The notes: a model not told the origin generated them from the letters alone. Positions 18,274-28,635 are shown, numbered from the stretch's first letter. The stretch: 64,000 nucleotides of DNA from Saprospiraceae bacterium (GCA_035292505.1 DATDQA010000022.1:45296-109295), one strand, 5' to 3'. Made by a program: numbers and translations.

Positions 18274-19914
18274 TTAATCCGGACAACCACCCCTTATCCT
18301 TAGCTCTCCATCGACATTGAGTACTGCACCGGGCTCAATATTGACTTCCTGGCATTCTATTTCTAGAGCCGGAATCACGGCAATCTCATGTCCGGAAATA
18401 ATGGTCACGAAATCTGCTTCTCCCGGTATACAATTGCAGGACCAAATTGCAGGATCATCCCATTCACCCGATGAGACAGAGTAGACCTGGCGGGGTTCAA
18501 GTATAACAGTATAATCTTCTATTTGTCCTACACCTTCTTCAGGCGTTCCCACAAGCTCGCATGGTGTCGGTTCCGGGGCATGCGGGTTTTCAGAAACAAT
18601 GCGCATCCTGATTGGAGTGCATATCACTTCTGCCAGCAGCGGAATGAAGATGGTATCATCCACCATGCCCGCATCTACAGATAAGACGAGTTCATCAGGA
18701 AGATCAAATGTGCCGTTGTTGTCATAGTCAATATAGGCTCTGATCTGTTGCGGATTCAGATAGCTCCCGGTGATACGTATCATGACGCTATCTCCCGCTT
18801 TAACGTGTACACGTTGATTACATGTTCGATCGACGTAGTGAGTACCATCAGCCGCACTCGTGTTTGAATAGACATTCAGGGTGCCGAATTCCACACGTTC
18901 AATACCATAGTATGGAGAGAGATCATTTAATGCAGATGGTGTACATGCCAGGGAAGGAGAAGAATCTGGCTCACCCAGAAGAGCTTCAGAAGATAAAAGC
19001 CCCGGTCTGAAAGCATCAAGTGCTGCATGTACACGCTCCTTTTGACCTTCCGTAAACATCCACTGGCAATCAGTAAAACCCATGTAATTATTCAATACAG
19101 TATAATTCAGGGTACTATCGACGATCATCCATTCTTCGTCTGTGCAAGGATTTATAGATTCTGCGCACTCCAGGGTGTAAAGGCAAGGTTCCGTATCACA
19201 AATCTCATCTCCGTTCATCGTACAGTCCTCGTTTTCACATTCTGGCTCCAAATTGTCAAGATGAAATGTATGATAGAGGGAGAAATAATGTCCCAGTTCA
19301 TGAACAATGGTCTTATTAGTACCATTCACAACACTCGCGCGTAAAACGATCCCATCGACCAATGCAGAATTATACTCAGGAAAATAAGCGAAACCCCCAG
19401 GCCAAAAATCGTTGCTATCGATTTTATTCACGATCCAGAGGTTGAGATAATCGGTATTTGGCCAGCGGCTCAATGTCTTGACAAATATCTCGTGCGCACT
19501 ATTGGGGAAGAAATTTGTGTCGCTGGTGATACCTCCAATGACATAGTTCGGCACTCCGCTGCCGTCTATACGGTTGATACCTGTCGTACTTTCACAATCA
19601 GGAGATCTGCTTGCGAGCTGAAATGCGATCTCTATGTCCGCACCCCCGTACAATGCTCCATCTTTTTGGAATGCAGTATTCATCAGGTTGATCATCTCAA
19701 GGATAAGGCTGTCAGAGGGGTTGTCCGGAGACCCTATTAGCGTCCCGGTGTGCACGACATGAACGACAACAGGCAATACAATAGAATCTTCCGAAATCAA
19801 TTGAAAAGCGTAAACATTTGCGATTAACACATCTTCTGAGGACGCCTGTTGGGGTCCACCAAATAGCGCGAGAATGAAAGAAAAGCATAGATGTAATGGG
19901 GTAGCTGTCTTCAT
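18274..19914 (-). CDS. secreted zinc metalloprotease, M43 (pappalysin/cytophagalysin)-like
   Basis: Start taken at MKTATPLHLCFSFILALFGG (signal peptide; residue M53 of the track ORF). Extended zinc motif HELGHYFSLYHTF. C-terminal GxxEDY segment (GVGQIEDYTV). Confidence 0.75.
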   Translation of the reverse strand: MKTATPLHLCFSFILALFGGPQQASSEDVLIANVYAFQLISEDSIVLPVVVHVVHTGTLIGSPDNPSDSLILEMINLMNTAFQKDGALYGGADIEIAFQLASRSPDCESTTGINRIDGSGVPNYVIGGITSDTNFFPNSAHEIFVKTLSRWPNTDYLNLWIVNKIDSNDFWPGGFAYFPEYNSALVDGIVLRASVVNGTNKTIVHELGHYFSLYHTFHLDNLEPECENEDCTMNGDEICDTEPCLYTLECAESINPCTDEEWMIVDSTLNYTVLNNYMGFTDCQWMFTEGQKERVHAALDAFRPGLLSSEALLGEPDSSPSLACTPSALNDLSPYYGIERVEFGTLNVYSNTSAADGTHYVDRTCNQRVHVKAGDSVMIRITGSYLNPQQIRAYIDYDNNGTFDLPDELVLSVDAGMVDDTIFIPLLAEVICTPIRMRIVSENPHAPEPTPCELVGTPEEGVGQIEDYTVILEPRQVYSVSSGEWDDPAIWSCNCIPGEADFVTIISGHEIAVIPALEIECQEVNIEPGAVLNVDGELRIRGGCPD

Positions 19915-19991
19915 GTATGTAGTCAAAAATACCAACCTGAAAGAAGATCTCCAAAAGGAGAGATGCCGAAAACCTATTTTTGCCTCCTTCC

Positions 19992-21899
19992 ATGGCAAAG
20001 AAAAAGACACACACAAAGAAGGCATCTGTAAAAAAAAGGCCTTCCGCCCCGGAAGACAGAATCGGCACATTTGAATGGCTGCCGCTCCTCGGTGTGCTCA
20101 CAGTTACAATTGCTTGCTTTGCCCGCACCTTTGGTTATGATTTTGTGAACTGGGACGATGACTTCAATATTGCCGAAAATCCTAACTTGCGCTACTTCGA
20201 CTGGGCAAATATCAAAGGTATCTTCACGAGCCATGTGATTGGCAATTATAATCCGCTGACGATTTTCACATTTGCTGTTGAAAACCATTTCTTTGGCCTC
20301 AAGCCCGGCGTATTCCATGCGACAAACGTGCTGCTTCATGCCGGGTGCGTCTTTTTCTTTTACAGGCTTGTCCGGCTTCTGGGGTTATCCCTCTGGCCTG
20401 CTGTTGTCGCAGCATTGATTTTTGGTATTCATCCGATGCGTATCGAATCCGTGGCGTGGGTGACCGAACGAAAAGATGTGCTCTTCGGGATATTTTACCT
20501 GGCTGCTTTGGTACAATATGTGAAATGGTACAAGTCCGGCTACCAGCGAAAATATATGATCTGGATCCTGGTGTTGTTTGTGTTATCTCTTCTCTCAAAA
20601 ATCCAGGCAGTCGCCCTTCCGTTGTCAATGTTGGCCATTGATTTTCTGTTGGCGAGGAAGATTCAATGGAAGCTGTTGATTGAGAAGATACCGTATTTCA
20701 TATTGTCTTTGGCGTTTGGCTTGCTTGGCATCTATTTCCTCTCACAACAAGGATCACTGGACAGCACTGCACAATACAACTTACTTCAAAGGGTGGTTGT
20801 GGGGATGCATTCTTTCGTGATTTATCTCATTAAGTTCCTGGTGCCATACCGTATTTCACCGCTCTACCCATACCCTGCTGTTTTACCGTGGTATGTGTAT
20901 ATCAGTCCTGTAATGATTGCAGGAATAGTGTGGTTGTTCTGGAAAGCATGGCAGAGAAGATGGAGACCCTTCGTATTTGGTGTTGCTTTTTTTACTGTGA
21001 ATATTGCATTTGTACTTCAGGTAGTGGGTGCAGGACAAGGATTCCTTGCAGATCGATTCACCTATATCCCCTATGTGGGATTGATTTTCACTGTGGTGTC
21101 TTATGGAGATCAGTGGCGTAGGTCAGGACATCACAGATCCAGGTATGCGATACCGATTACAACGATCTGGTTACTCGCACTTATAGCACAGACATGGATA
21201 CATGTGCCCATCTGGAAACATAGCGGAGCGCTCTGGACACATGTCTTGAATTACTATCAGAATACAGCTTTACCATATCGTAACAGGGCACAATACTACC
21301 GTGACCTGAAACAATATGATCTTGCCCTGGCAGATTATGATCGCTCTATCGCGTTGAAAAAAGACGGGGATGTCATCAACAGCAGAGCCCGCATGTATTT
21401 TGACCAGCAGAAATGGCGTGAGGCAATTGCTGATTACAACCTCGCCATAGAGGCAAAACCTACAGGTGAATTCTATATCAATCGCGGAGCTGCATATGCA
21501 ATGATTGGTAACATGCAAAACGCCTTGAACGATATGACAGAAGGGCTTAGACTTGATCCTGCATTCCCCAATGGATATAAAAACAGATCTCTTGTGTATC
21601 AGTCGCTTGGGCAGATTGAAAATGCGCAATCGGATCTGTTGAAGTATCTGGATCTGAACCCGTATGATGCAGATATCTGGTATGAAAGCGGACGACTTTA
21701 TCGGATGCTAAATAATGAGCGTCAGGCTCTCACTGCATTTGATCGTGCTATCTCCCTCGCACAAAAGGGAGTGTACTTCCTGGAACGAGCAAAATCACAT
21801 CTTGTCCTGGGAAATAAAACTCAGGCCAGGCAAGACTTGCAAACAGCGGAACAAATGGGTGCACAGATTGACCCACAGACCAGGGCACAGTTCCAATAA
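19992..21899 (+). CDS. polytopic membrane protein with C-terminal TPR repeats (PMT/TMTC-like glycosyltransferase-fold family)
   Basis: ATG at 19992 (MAKKKTH...). The N-terminal half has about 9-10 TM helices and the FVNWDDD loop motif. The C-terminal half has about 7 TPR units (AL.DY..AI.L.P pattern). Confidence 0.7.
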   Translation: MAKKKTHTKKASVKKRPSAPEDRIGTFEWLPLLGVLTVTIACFARTFGYDFVNWDDDFNIAENPNLRYFDWANIKGIFTSHVIGNYNPLTIFTFAVENHFFGLKPGVFHATNVLLHAGCVFFFYRLVRLLGLSLWPAVVAALIFGIHPMRIESVAWVTERKDVLFGIFYLAALVQYVKWYKSGYQRKYMIWILVLFVLSLLSKIQAVALPLSMLAIDFLLARKIQWKLLIEKIPYFILSLAFGLLGIYFLSQQGSLDSTAQYNLLQRVVVGMHSFVIYLIKFLVPYRISPLYPYPAVLPWYVYISPVMIAGIVWLFWKAWQRRWRPFVFGVAFFTVNIAFVLQVVGAGQGFLADRFTYIPYVGLIFTVVSYGDQWRRSGHHRSRYAIPITTIWLLALIAQTWIHVPIWKHSGALWTHVLNYYQNTALPYRNRAQYYRDLKQYDLALADYDRSIALKKDGDVINSRARMYFDQQKWREAIADYNLAIEAKPTGEFYINRGAAYAMIGNMQNALNDMTEGLRLDPAFPNGYKNRSLVYQSLGQIENAQSDLLKYLDLNPYDADIWYESGRLYRMLNNERQALTAFDRAISLAQKGVYFLERAKSHLVLGNKTQARQDLQTAEQMGAQIDPQTRAQFQ

Positions 21900-21948
21900 A
21901 TACAGGAATCTCATTGCTGCCCGTCAAAGCCTTAACTTTCCGCCACAC

Positions 21949-23601
21949 ATGCTTGAAACACTCAGCATAACGAACTATGTGATTATCGATCAGTCTGTGA
22001 TCCGTTTTGCCCCGGGCCTGAATATGATCACTGGTGAGACCGGCGCTGGCAAATCTATTTTGCTCGGTGCAATTGGGCTTATCCTGGGCAGACGTGCTGA
22101 TACACAAGTGCTTTTCGATCCCTCAACGAAGGCAATTATCGAAGCTGTATTCCGCGATACAGAAGACAGAGTGTCATCGATGCTCAGGACATATGACCTC
22201 GATGTCAACGCAGAAGTGGTGGTGCGTCGCGAGATTTCACCCAACGGGAGATCACGTGCATTTGTTAATGATTCTCCTGTGACCCTCGAAACGATGACAG
22301 AGGTCGGTGCAGCACTCATGGATATCCATCAACAATTTGAAACATTGGAAATTCAGCAGACGCGGGAACAGTATCAGGTACTTGACGCCTATTGCGGAAT
22401 ACAGCCACAGCACCAGTATTATCAAAAAGACTTCGAGCGTTATACACGCTTGACTGCGCTGCTCCTGTCTCTTAAAGAAAAACAAATTTCGGCACTGAAA
22501 GAGAAAGACTATCTCTATTTTCAGTTGAATGAATTCGATGTACTGCAGCTTGAGGCAGGGGGCATTGCTGCAATGGAAGAAGAATATCAGCTACAATCCG
22601 GGGCTGAAGAGATTAAATCGATCCTTGCTGAAATCTCTGATGCATTATCCGGAGAGCGCAGCATCACAGATCCCATGCGCGTACATCTCCGCTCGCTTAC
22701 AAGACATGCTCAGGGAAATGCAAATCTCATGAATTTTGTACAGAAGCTACAGAGTCTCATAGATGAATGTCATGATCTGAGTAAGGACATTTCGATGTTT
22801 GAAGAAAAAATAGAACCAGATCCAAAACGCCGACAGCAACTAGAAGATAAACTCAATGTGATCAACCGGATCATGTTAAAACACGGCGCCCACGATGAAC
22901 AGGAACTGATGCAGATACAATATGGACTCCAGGCACAATTGGAAAAATGGAAGAACGTTGATGCAGAAATTGACAAGTGTGAGAACGAATTGACTGTCGT
23001 CACACACTCGCTTCACACACAGGCGCAAAAAATATCTGTCGCCAGACGGTCCGGCGCTCCAAGGCTTACACAGCTCGTTTCGAAAAGCCTGCACGAACTG
23101 GCGATGAAGCATGCGGTATTGCACATCGAGGTCTCTGATTCAGAAGAGTTACATAGTTATGGCAAAGACAATGTGGAATTCCTGTTTGCGCCTAACCTTG
23201 GAAGCGAACCGAAGCCCGTCAAGAAAGTTGCTTCTGGCGGTGAGTTGTCGCGTCTGAATCTTTGCCTGAAGTCTGCAGTATCAGATCAGATGCAATTACC
23301 AACCCTGGTCTTTGATGAAATCGATGCCGGCGTTTCGGGAGAGATCGCTTTGCGCATGGGGCAAAAGCTGAAGACATTAGCGAAAAATCACCAGGTGATC
23401 ATGATTACGCATAGTCCTCAAATCGCAGCACAGGCGGGACATCATCTGCAAGTAACGAAATCTGACGTGCGCGGCAGAAGTATTGCACGGATCCGTGCGT
23501 TACCCCCTGAGGATCGTGTGACCGAAATTGCCAAGATGCTCAGTGGTGACCCACCAACGAGTGCTGCAATCCTGAATGCAAAAACATTAATTGAAAATTA
23601 A
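21949..23601 (+). CDS. recN: DNA repair protein RecN
   Basis: MLETLSITNYVIIDQSVIRFAPGLNMITGETGAGKSILLGA (Walker A), long coiled coil, C-terminal ASGGELSR signature and VFDEIDAGVSG Walker B. Start is residue M79 of the track ORF. Confidence 0.93.
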   Translation: MLETLSITNYVIIDQSVIRFAPGLNMITGETGAGKSILLGAIGLILGRRADTQVLFDPSTKAIIEAVFRDTEDRVSSMLRTYDLDVNAEVVVRREISPNGRSRAFVNDSPVTLETMTEVGAALMDIHQQFETLEIQQTREQYQVLDAYCGIQPQHQYYQKDFERYTRLTALLLSLKEKQISALKEKDYLYFQLNEFDVLQLEAGGIAAMEEEYQLQSGAEEIKSILAEISDALSGERSITDPMRVHLRSLTRHAQGNANLMNFVQKLQSLIDECHDLSKDISMFEEKIEPDPKRRQQLEDKLNVINRIMLKHGAHDEQELMQIQYGLQAQLEKWKNVDAEIDKCENELTVVTHSLHTQAQKISVARRSGAPRLTQLVSKSLHELAMKHAVLHIEVSDSEELHSYGKDNVEFLFAPNLGSEPKPVKKVASGGELSRLNLCLKSAVSDQMQLPTLVFDEIDAGVSGEIALRMGQKLKTLAKNHQVIMITHSPQIAAQAGHHLQVTKSDVRGRSIARIRALPPEDRVTEIAKMLSGDPPTSAAILNAKTLIEN

Positions 23602-23614
23602 TCAAAACGACAAC

Positions 23615-24418
23615 ATGGGACATGATTTGCTAAAAGGAAAACGCGGAATTATTTTCGGTGCCCTGGATGAACAATCCATTGCCTGGCATGTGGCGGAGCA
23701 TTGCCATGCTGAGGGCGGTCAATTGGTACTTACAAATGCTCCGGTCGCAATGCGGTTTGGAAAAATTCAAGAACTCAGCGATCGGTTGAACGCACCGGTC
23801 ATACCGGCAGATGCTACGTTGATGGAAGACCTGGAAACATTGTTGACGAAATCCGTCGAAGCGCTTGGTGGAAAATTAGATTTCATTCTGCATTCTATCG
23901 GGATGAGTATCAATGTCCGCAAGAAGAAAAAGTATACCGACATTAATCATGAATGGATGTTGAAAACCTTTGACATCTCAGCTGTTTCGTTTCACAAGCT
24001 GATGCAGGCGGCATACAAGTTCGATGTCCTTGCAGAAGGCGCTTCTCTGGTTGCATTGACTTACATCGCTGCACAAAAAGTCTTTCCCGACTACAATGAA
24101 ATGGCAGAATCCAAAGCGTTGCTTGAGTCCTTTGCGCGGAGCTTTGGCTATCACCTCGGTGTGGCGAAAAAAGTGCGTGTCAATACCATCTCTCAATCAC
24201 CGACATGGACAACAGCAGGCAGCGGTGTGCAAGGCTTTGAGGATTTCTTCAACTATGCAGATAAAATGTCTCCGTTAGGGAATGCAGATGCAGAGGATTG
24301 TGCCCGGTATTGTGTGGTCTTATTTTCCGACTATACAAAAAAGGTCACAATGCAGAATCTGTTTCATGATGGTGGATTCTCAAGTATGGGTATTAATCCG
24401 GCAATCCTTGGTAAATAA
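23615..24418 (+). CDS. fabI: enoyl-[acyl-carrier-protein] reductase (NADH), FabI type
   Basis: LKGKRGIIFGALDEQSIAW...SIG...Y..M..AKA.LE pattern of SDR-type FabI. ATG at 23615. Confidence 0.9.
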   Translation: MGHDLLKGKRGIIFGALDEQSIAWHVAEHCHAEGGQLVLTNAPVAMRFGKIQELSDRLNAPVIPADATLMEDLETLLTKSVEALGGKLDFILHSIGMSINVRKKKKYTDINHEWMLKTFDISAVSFHKLMQAAYKFDVLAEGASLVALTYIAAQKVFPDYNEMAESKALLESFARSFGYHLGVAKKVRVNTISQSPTWTTAGSGVQGFEDFFNYADKMSPLGNADAEDCARYCVVLFSDYTKKVTMQNLFHDGGFSSMGINPAILGK

Positions 24419-24461
24419 GCCTGGATTGAGAGCGAATCATGATCGTGTGAGGTCGCGATGG

Positions 24462-26348
24462 ATGCCACTGGTAGTCATGATGTGCTGGCTCCTGGCTTCA
24501 GGAGTTGCTATTGGTCAACAACCACCATCTTCCTCTGGTAGAGCACAAAAGGTTTTACCAAAGCTGGATACGACTTCCTCCCTGAGCTATATTACACCGG
24601 CAGAATATTATGGTTCGGGTCAGGAAGCCATTGATACCCTTGACTATGATTACCACAGATATAATCCGGCAGGTCGCGCGCAATACCCCCATGCGACTTT
24701 GGGTAACCTGGGCTCGCCGGCGAGAAGCCTATACTTCTCCATGCCGATGTCTAAAGGACTGACAATGGGACATCAGGCATTTGACCTTTATAAATCTAAC
24801 TTTGATAGTTTCCGATTTTATGAAACCAATATAGCCTTGTCACGTCTTGAGTATTCCCAGGGACTCAGTCAGAACGATGCGATCATCCGTGTGCAGTTCG
24901 GTCGCAATTTTGACAAGGGTGTTAACCTCAGTGTGAATTATCAGCGAATCAACCAGAAAGGCCAATATCAACTGCAACGTGCCAAAAACACTGCTTTTGG
25001 GATTGGTGTTTTATACAGGTCTCCAAAAGGAAAACTGGATGGTATCTATCACTATCTCTCCAACTCCATTGTCTATGAAGAAAATGGGGGCACTGACAGC
25101 CTAGAATTTTGGCTCGACTCCATCACCTTGCAAGTGAATATACCAGTGCGACTACAAGGCGCGACGGCTACGCACCGTGCACGCGACCTCACTGTACAAC
25201 ATCATATTCATATTTTCGCCTCACCTGAAGACAGTATTCGGCGGAAAGCGGACCTTGATGTCATCCACACGTTGAAAATAGGATCAGGTTTTATCAAATT
25301 CTCTGATGCAGATCTGACCGAAAATGAATCACGCTACTATGGCACATTTGTGACTGACGATCGGGGAATACGCAATTTCATTGCTACTGAGACATTTGAA
25401 AATTCTCTGGATTTCCAATTTCGATATCTGAATAAAGAGTCCGGGGTACCAGCACATCTCTTGCGGGCAGGTCTTCAATTGAGAAACATCAAACTCAATC
25501 ATGAACCTGAGAACTCACATGTGGATGAACTCTTCTTCAATGCTTCCGGGCAACTCGGCATTTCAAAGCGCATTTCATTGGATGGCGATGGCTATATGGG
25601 TTTGCTGGATGCATCGGGTGAATACAAACTTGATGCAAATGCCCGACTATATCTCTTTAAAGATGCAAGTACCTGGGCACAACTGAGTCTCTATCAACGC
25701 AATCCTACACTTACCGAATCGAGACTTTTTATTGATCAGATTCCGGTTTGGGAAACGGATTTTAAGAATGTTTCCGTGTCTAGTCTCCAATTTCACTATA
25801 TGCAACCCTCCGTCCGTTTGCGACTTCATGGAGCGGCGCATCTTGTATCAAATCTGATTTATTTTAATGCAGAGCGCATACCGCAACAACTTGAGCAAAG
25901 CGTCGAAGTACTCCAGATGTCAGCGTCAAAGGAGATTCAGTTCGGCCCTTTCGGGATACTTGGGCATCTCATGCTGCAGGAATATGATGCAAATGAGATT
26001 GCATTACCACATTTGATTTTCAACGGTCAGTTGTATTACACGGGAAGATTGTTCAGTAAGAATCTGCTCATCCGTACAGGCCTTGATTTCATGGTGACGG
26101 ATACGTATGGGGGTGTGTCTTATTTCCCGGTGACCGGACAATTTTATTTCAGCGACGATTTCACTATTCCTCAATATCCTGCCCTGGATGTCTTTTTCAG
26201 TATGCAAGTACAGGATGTATTCATGGCATTCGCTAAAATGGAGAATGTCACAGCGTTTGTATCGGATGCTCATTTCGTCCAAATCGCCGATTATCCGCAA
26301 TTCGAAAAATATTTTCGTCTTGGTTTGTGGATGAAATTGTTCGATTAA
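24462..26348 (+). CDS. putative outer-membrane beta-barrel protein (Bacteroidota 'putative porin' type)
   Basis: Signal peptide MPLVVMMCWLLASGVAIGQQ. Alternating-hydrophobic beta-strand pattern throughout, with an aromatic C-terminus (LGLWMKLFD). Start is uncertain; GTG 24447 is an alternative. Confidence 0.55.
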   Translation: MPLVVMMCWLLASGVAIGQQPPSSSGRAQKVLPKLDTTSSLSYITPAEYYGSGQEAIDTLDYDYHRYNPAGRAQYPHATLGNLGSPARSLYFSMPMSKGLTMGHQAFDLYKSNFDSFRFYETNIALSRLEYSQGLSQNDAIIRVQFGRNFDKGVNLSVNYQRINQKGQYQLQRAKNTAFGIGVLYRSPKGKLDGIYHYLSNSIVYEENGGTDSLEFWLDSITLQVNIPVRLQGATATHRARDLTVQHHIHIFASPEDSIRRKADLDVIHTLKIGSGFIKFSDADLTENESRYYGTFVTDDRGIRNFIATETFENSLDFQFRYLNKESGVPAHLLRAGLQLRNIKLNHEPENSHVDELFFNASGQLGISKRISLDGDGYMGLLDASGEYKLDANARLYLFKDASTWAQLSLYQRNPTLTESRLFIDQIPVWETDFKNVSVSSLQFHYMQPSVRLRLHGAAHLVSNLIYFNAERIPQQLEQSVEVLQMSASKEIQFGPFGILGHLMLQEYDANEIALPHLIFNGQLYYTGRLFSKNLLIRTGLDFMVTDTYGGVSYFPVTGQFYFSDDFTIPQYPALDVFFSMQVQDVFMAFAKMENVTAFVSDAHFVQIADYPQFEKYFRLGLWMKLFD

Positions 26349-26367
26349 AATTGACAACAGCTTGATA

Positions 26368-27087
26368 TCAAAGCTCGAGATTTGGGGTCAGATGACGTCT
26401 CTCGCCGCTGTAGAAATCCAGAATGTATGCGACAACTTTGCCGGGATCGTCCATGATCGTAAAAAGTTCAAGGTCGTCTTCATTGATATTGCGTTCACGC
26501 ACTATCGTGTTCACCATCCAGTCCCGAAGCCCGGCCCAGTAAGTAGAACCTACAAGAACAACAGGTACACGCGTAATTTTTTTTGTCTGGATGAGCGTCA
26601 ATACTTCGAAGAGTTCATCTAAAGTGCCAAATCCACCGGGCAAGGCGATCAGGCCTTGGGCATATTTCACAAACATCACCTTGCGCACAAAGAAGTAGCG
26701 ATGAGTGAGCAACTTATCGTCATCGATAAACCTGTTGTGCGTTTGCTCATGCGGCAGATTAATATTCAAACCCACGGAAGCGCCACCACCAAGAGTAGCA
26801 CCTTTGTTCGCCGCTTCCATAATTCCGGGGCCACCCCCGGTGATCACGCCAAAACCTTCCTGCACCAACTGCTGTGCAATTTGTGTTGCGAGCTGATAGT
26901 ATTTATCATCGGAGTTTGTGCGTGCAGAACCGAAAATGGAAACACAGGGGCCAATGCGATTGAGTGATTCAAAACCATCCACCAGTTCTGCCATCACTTT
27001 CAAAATTGTCCAGGAGTTTTCTCCTTTTATCTGACTCCACCGTTTCATAGCGCGTATCGGTGCGCCAGGTTGCTCATTTTGATTCAT
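26368..27087 (-). CDS. LOG-family / TIGR00730-type Rossmann-fold nucleotide 5'-monophosphate nucleosidase
   Basis: Motifs VITGGGPGIMEAAN and PGGFGTLDELFE. ATG at 27087; the maximal track ORF starts at TTG 27117. Confidence 0.85.
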   Translation of the reverse strand: MNQNEQPGAPIRAMKRWSQIKGENSWTILKVMAELVDGFESLNRIGPCVSIFGSARTNSDDKYYQLATQIAQQLVQEGFGVITGGGPGIMEAANKGATLGGGASVGLNINLPHEQTHNRFIDDDKLLTHRYFFVRKVMFVKYAQGLIALPGGFGTLDELFEVLTLIQTKKITRVPVVLVGSTYWAGLRDWMVNTIVRERNINEDDLELFTIMDDPGKVVAYILDFYSGERRHLTPNLEL

Positions 27088-27157
27088 AACCGGAAATTGA
27101 ATATCTGAAAAAGTCAATCGTACCTGCTCCGAATATAGTCCGAAACACAGAAAGTCT

Positions 27158-27192
27158 GCGAAAAAGGAACGATCTTATGGGTTATAAGATCG
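27158..27192 (-). terminator. rho-independent terminator downstream of the sigma54-type response regulator
   Basis: Minus strand: CGATCTTAT-AACCC-ATAAGATCG (9-bp perfect stem, 27170-27192) followed by TTCCTTTTTCGC. Confidence 0.6.
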
Positions 27193-27262
27193 GTACCCAC
27201 AGCCACTACGAGATTTAGCAAACGTCAGTCCGGGAATCCGTGACATAAAAAAATTACCAGAT

Positions 27263-28537
27263 CTAAGAATGGCGGAAACTCTCATATTCTTTGTCGATGT
27301 AGCGATGCACTTCTTCAATATTTTGAAATTCTTTGAAGATATTTCTGAATTGTCCCTGGACAGGTGATGTAGGAGCTACAAATTGATCGATATCTTTATC
27401 GGTAATCGCATCACTACTCAGGATAATCAGACGTTCAACCACATTCCTCAATTCACGAATATTTCCGGTCCAATTCAGCGATTGTAGTTTCTTAAATGCC
27501 CTTGGAGTGAATGTCTTTTTCTGTACACCATAATCCTGGCATATCTCTTCATTGAAGTGGTCTACAAGGATCGGAATATCCTCCAAACGGTCCTTGAGGG
27601 GAGGGACATCAATGATGATCACAGCCAGCCGATGATACAGATCCTCCCGAAACTTACCAGTCGCGATTTCTTTCTGCAGATCTTTATTGGTAGCAGCGAT
27701 CACCCTGACATTCACGCTGATTTCTTTTTCACCGCCCACGCGTGTGACTCGATTCTCCTGAAGTGCCCGTAGGACTTTAGCCTGCGCCGATAAACTCATA
27801 TCGCCGACTTCATCCAGGAAAATTGTGCCCCCATTTGCCAGCTCGAATTTGCCGATGCGTTGTTTGACTGCACTTGTAAAGGAGCCTTTTTCATGACCGA
27901 ACAGTTCACTTTCTATAAGCTCGGATGGGATGGCGGCACAATTTACTTCGACCAGCGGGTGATCGTTGCGTTGACTTTTCTCGTGAATCCAACGAGCCAC
28001 CAATTCTTTGCCTGTCCCATTCGCGCCAGTGATAAGGACGCGTGCATCAGTTGGAGCGACTCTCTCGATGGTGCTTTTGATCAATTCCATCACTTTCGAT
28101 CCTCCTATAATTTCCTGTGTGTGGCTCCGTAATATCCGCTTCTGCAAAACTTTTTTCTCGGTGATCAGGCTTGACTTATCAATAGCATTGCGGATCGTAA
28201 TCAGAAGCCGGTTGAGATCAGGAGGCTTAGAAATGAAATCGAATGCACCTTTCTTTACAGCATCCACTGCAGTGTCGATGGTAGCGTGGCCCGAGATCAT
28301 TACGACCGGGGTTTCAACAGCGAGTTCCTGAATGCGTTCAAGGGCATCCATGCCATCCATCTTCGGCATTTTGATATCCAGGATGATGACATCATACGTA
28401 TTCTGCTTGATTTTGACGACACATTCCAGGCCATCCGTCGCTTCATCCACCGTATAATTTTCGAATTCAAGGATATCCCTCAGTGTTTTGCGAATACTCC
28501 TCTCATCATCGACAATCAACACTTTTGCTGCAGCCAT
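27263..28537 (-). CDS. NtrC/NtrX-family response regulator (REC + sigma54-interaction AAA+ domain) without a recognisable C-terminal HTH
   Basis: REC: KVLIVDDERSIRKTL...DIKMPKMDG. AAA+: ITGANGTGKELVAR (Walker A), GHEKGSFTSA (GAFTGA-loop variant), GGTIFLDEVG (Walker B), GNIRELRNVVERL. Only 47 aa follow the sensor-II motif. Confidence 0.88.
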   Translation of the reverse strand: MAAAKVLIVDDERSIRKTLRDILEFENYTVDEATDGLECVVKIKQNTYDVIILDIKMPKMDGMDALERIQELAVETPVVMISGHATIDTAVDAVKKGAFDFISKPPDLNRLLITIRNAIDKSSLITEKKVLQKRILRSHTQEIIGGSKVMELIKSTIERVAPTDARVLITGANGTGKELVARWIHEKSQRNDHPLVEVNCAAIPSELIESELFGHEKGSFTSAVKQRIGKFELANGGTIFLDEVGDMSLSAQAKVLRALQENRVTRVGGEKEISVNVRVIAATNKDLQKEIATGKFREDLYHRLAVIIIDVPPLKDRLEDIPILVDHFNEEICQDYGVQKKTFTPRAFKKLQSLNWTGNIRELRNVVERLIILSSDAITDKDIDQFVAPTSPVQGQFRNIFKEFQNIEEVHRYIDKEYESFRHS

Positions 28538-28635
28538 AAGAAAATATATTAAAATTTATCATCAAAGATAAAAATATAGGCGAGAAATAGATACAAATGA
28601 TGAAAAAATATAATATTTGAAAAAGTCACTCTCTT

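Noticed and set aside
21715-21948. Long N-terminal extensions in track ORFs: recN from 21715, the porin-like gene from 24282, alaS to 12188, the M43 protease to 20070, rplQ to 54317, the E2 gene from 32476, and porU/porV from GTG/TTG codons.
   Set aside because: The extensions overlap the preceding gene or intergenic sequence and precede the conserved N-termini or signal peptides. Internal ATG starts give canonical protein starts.
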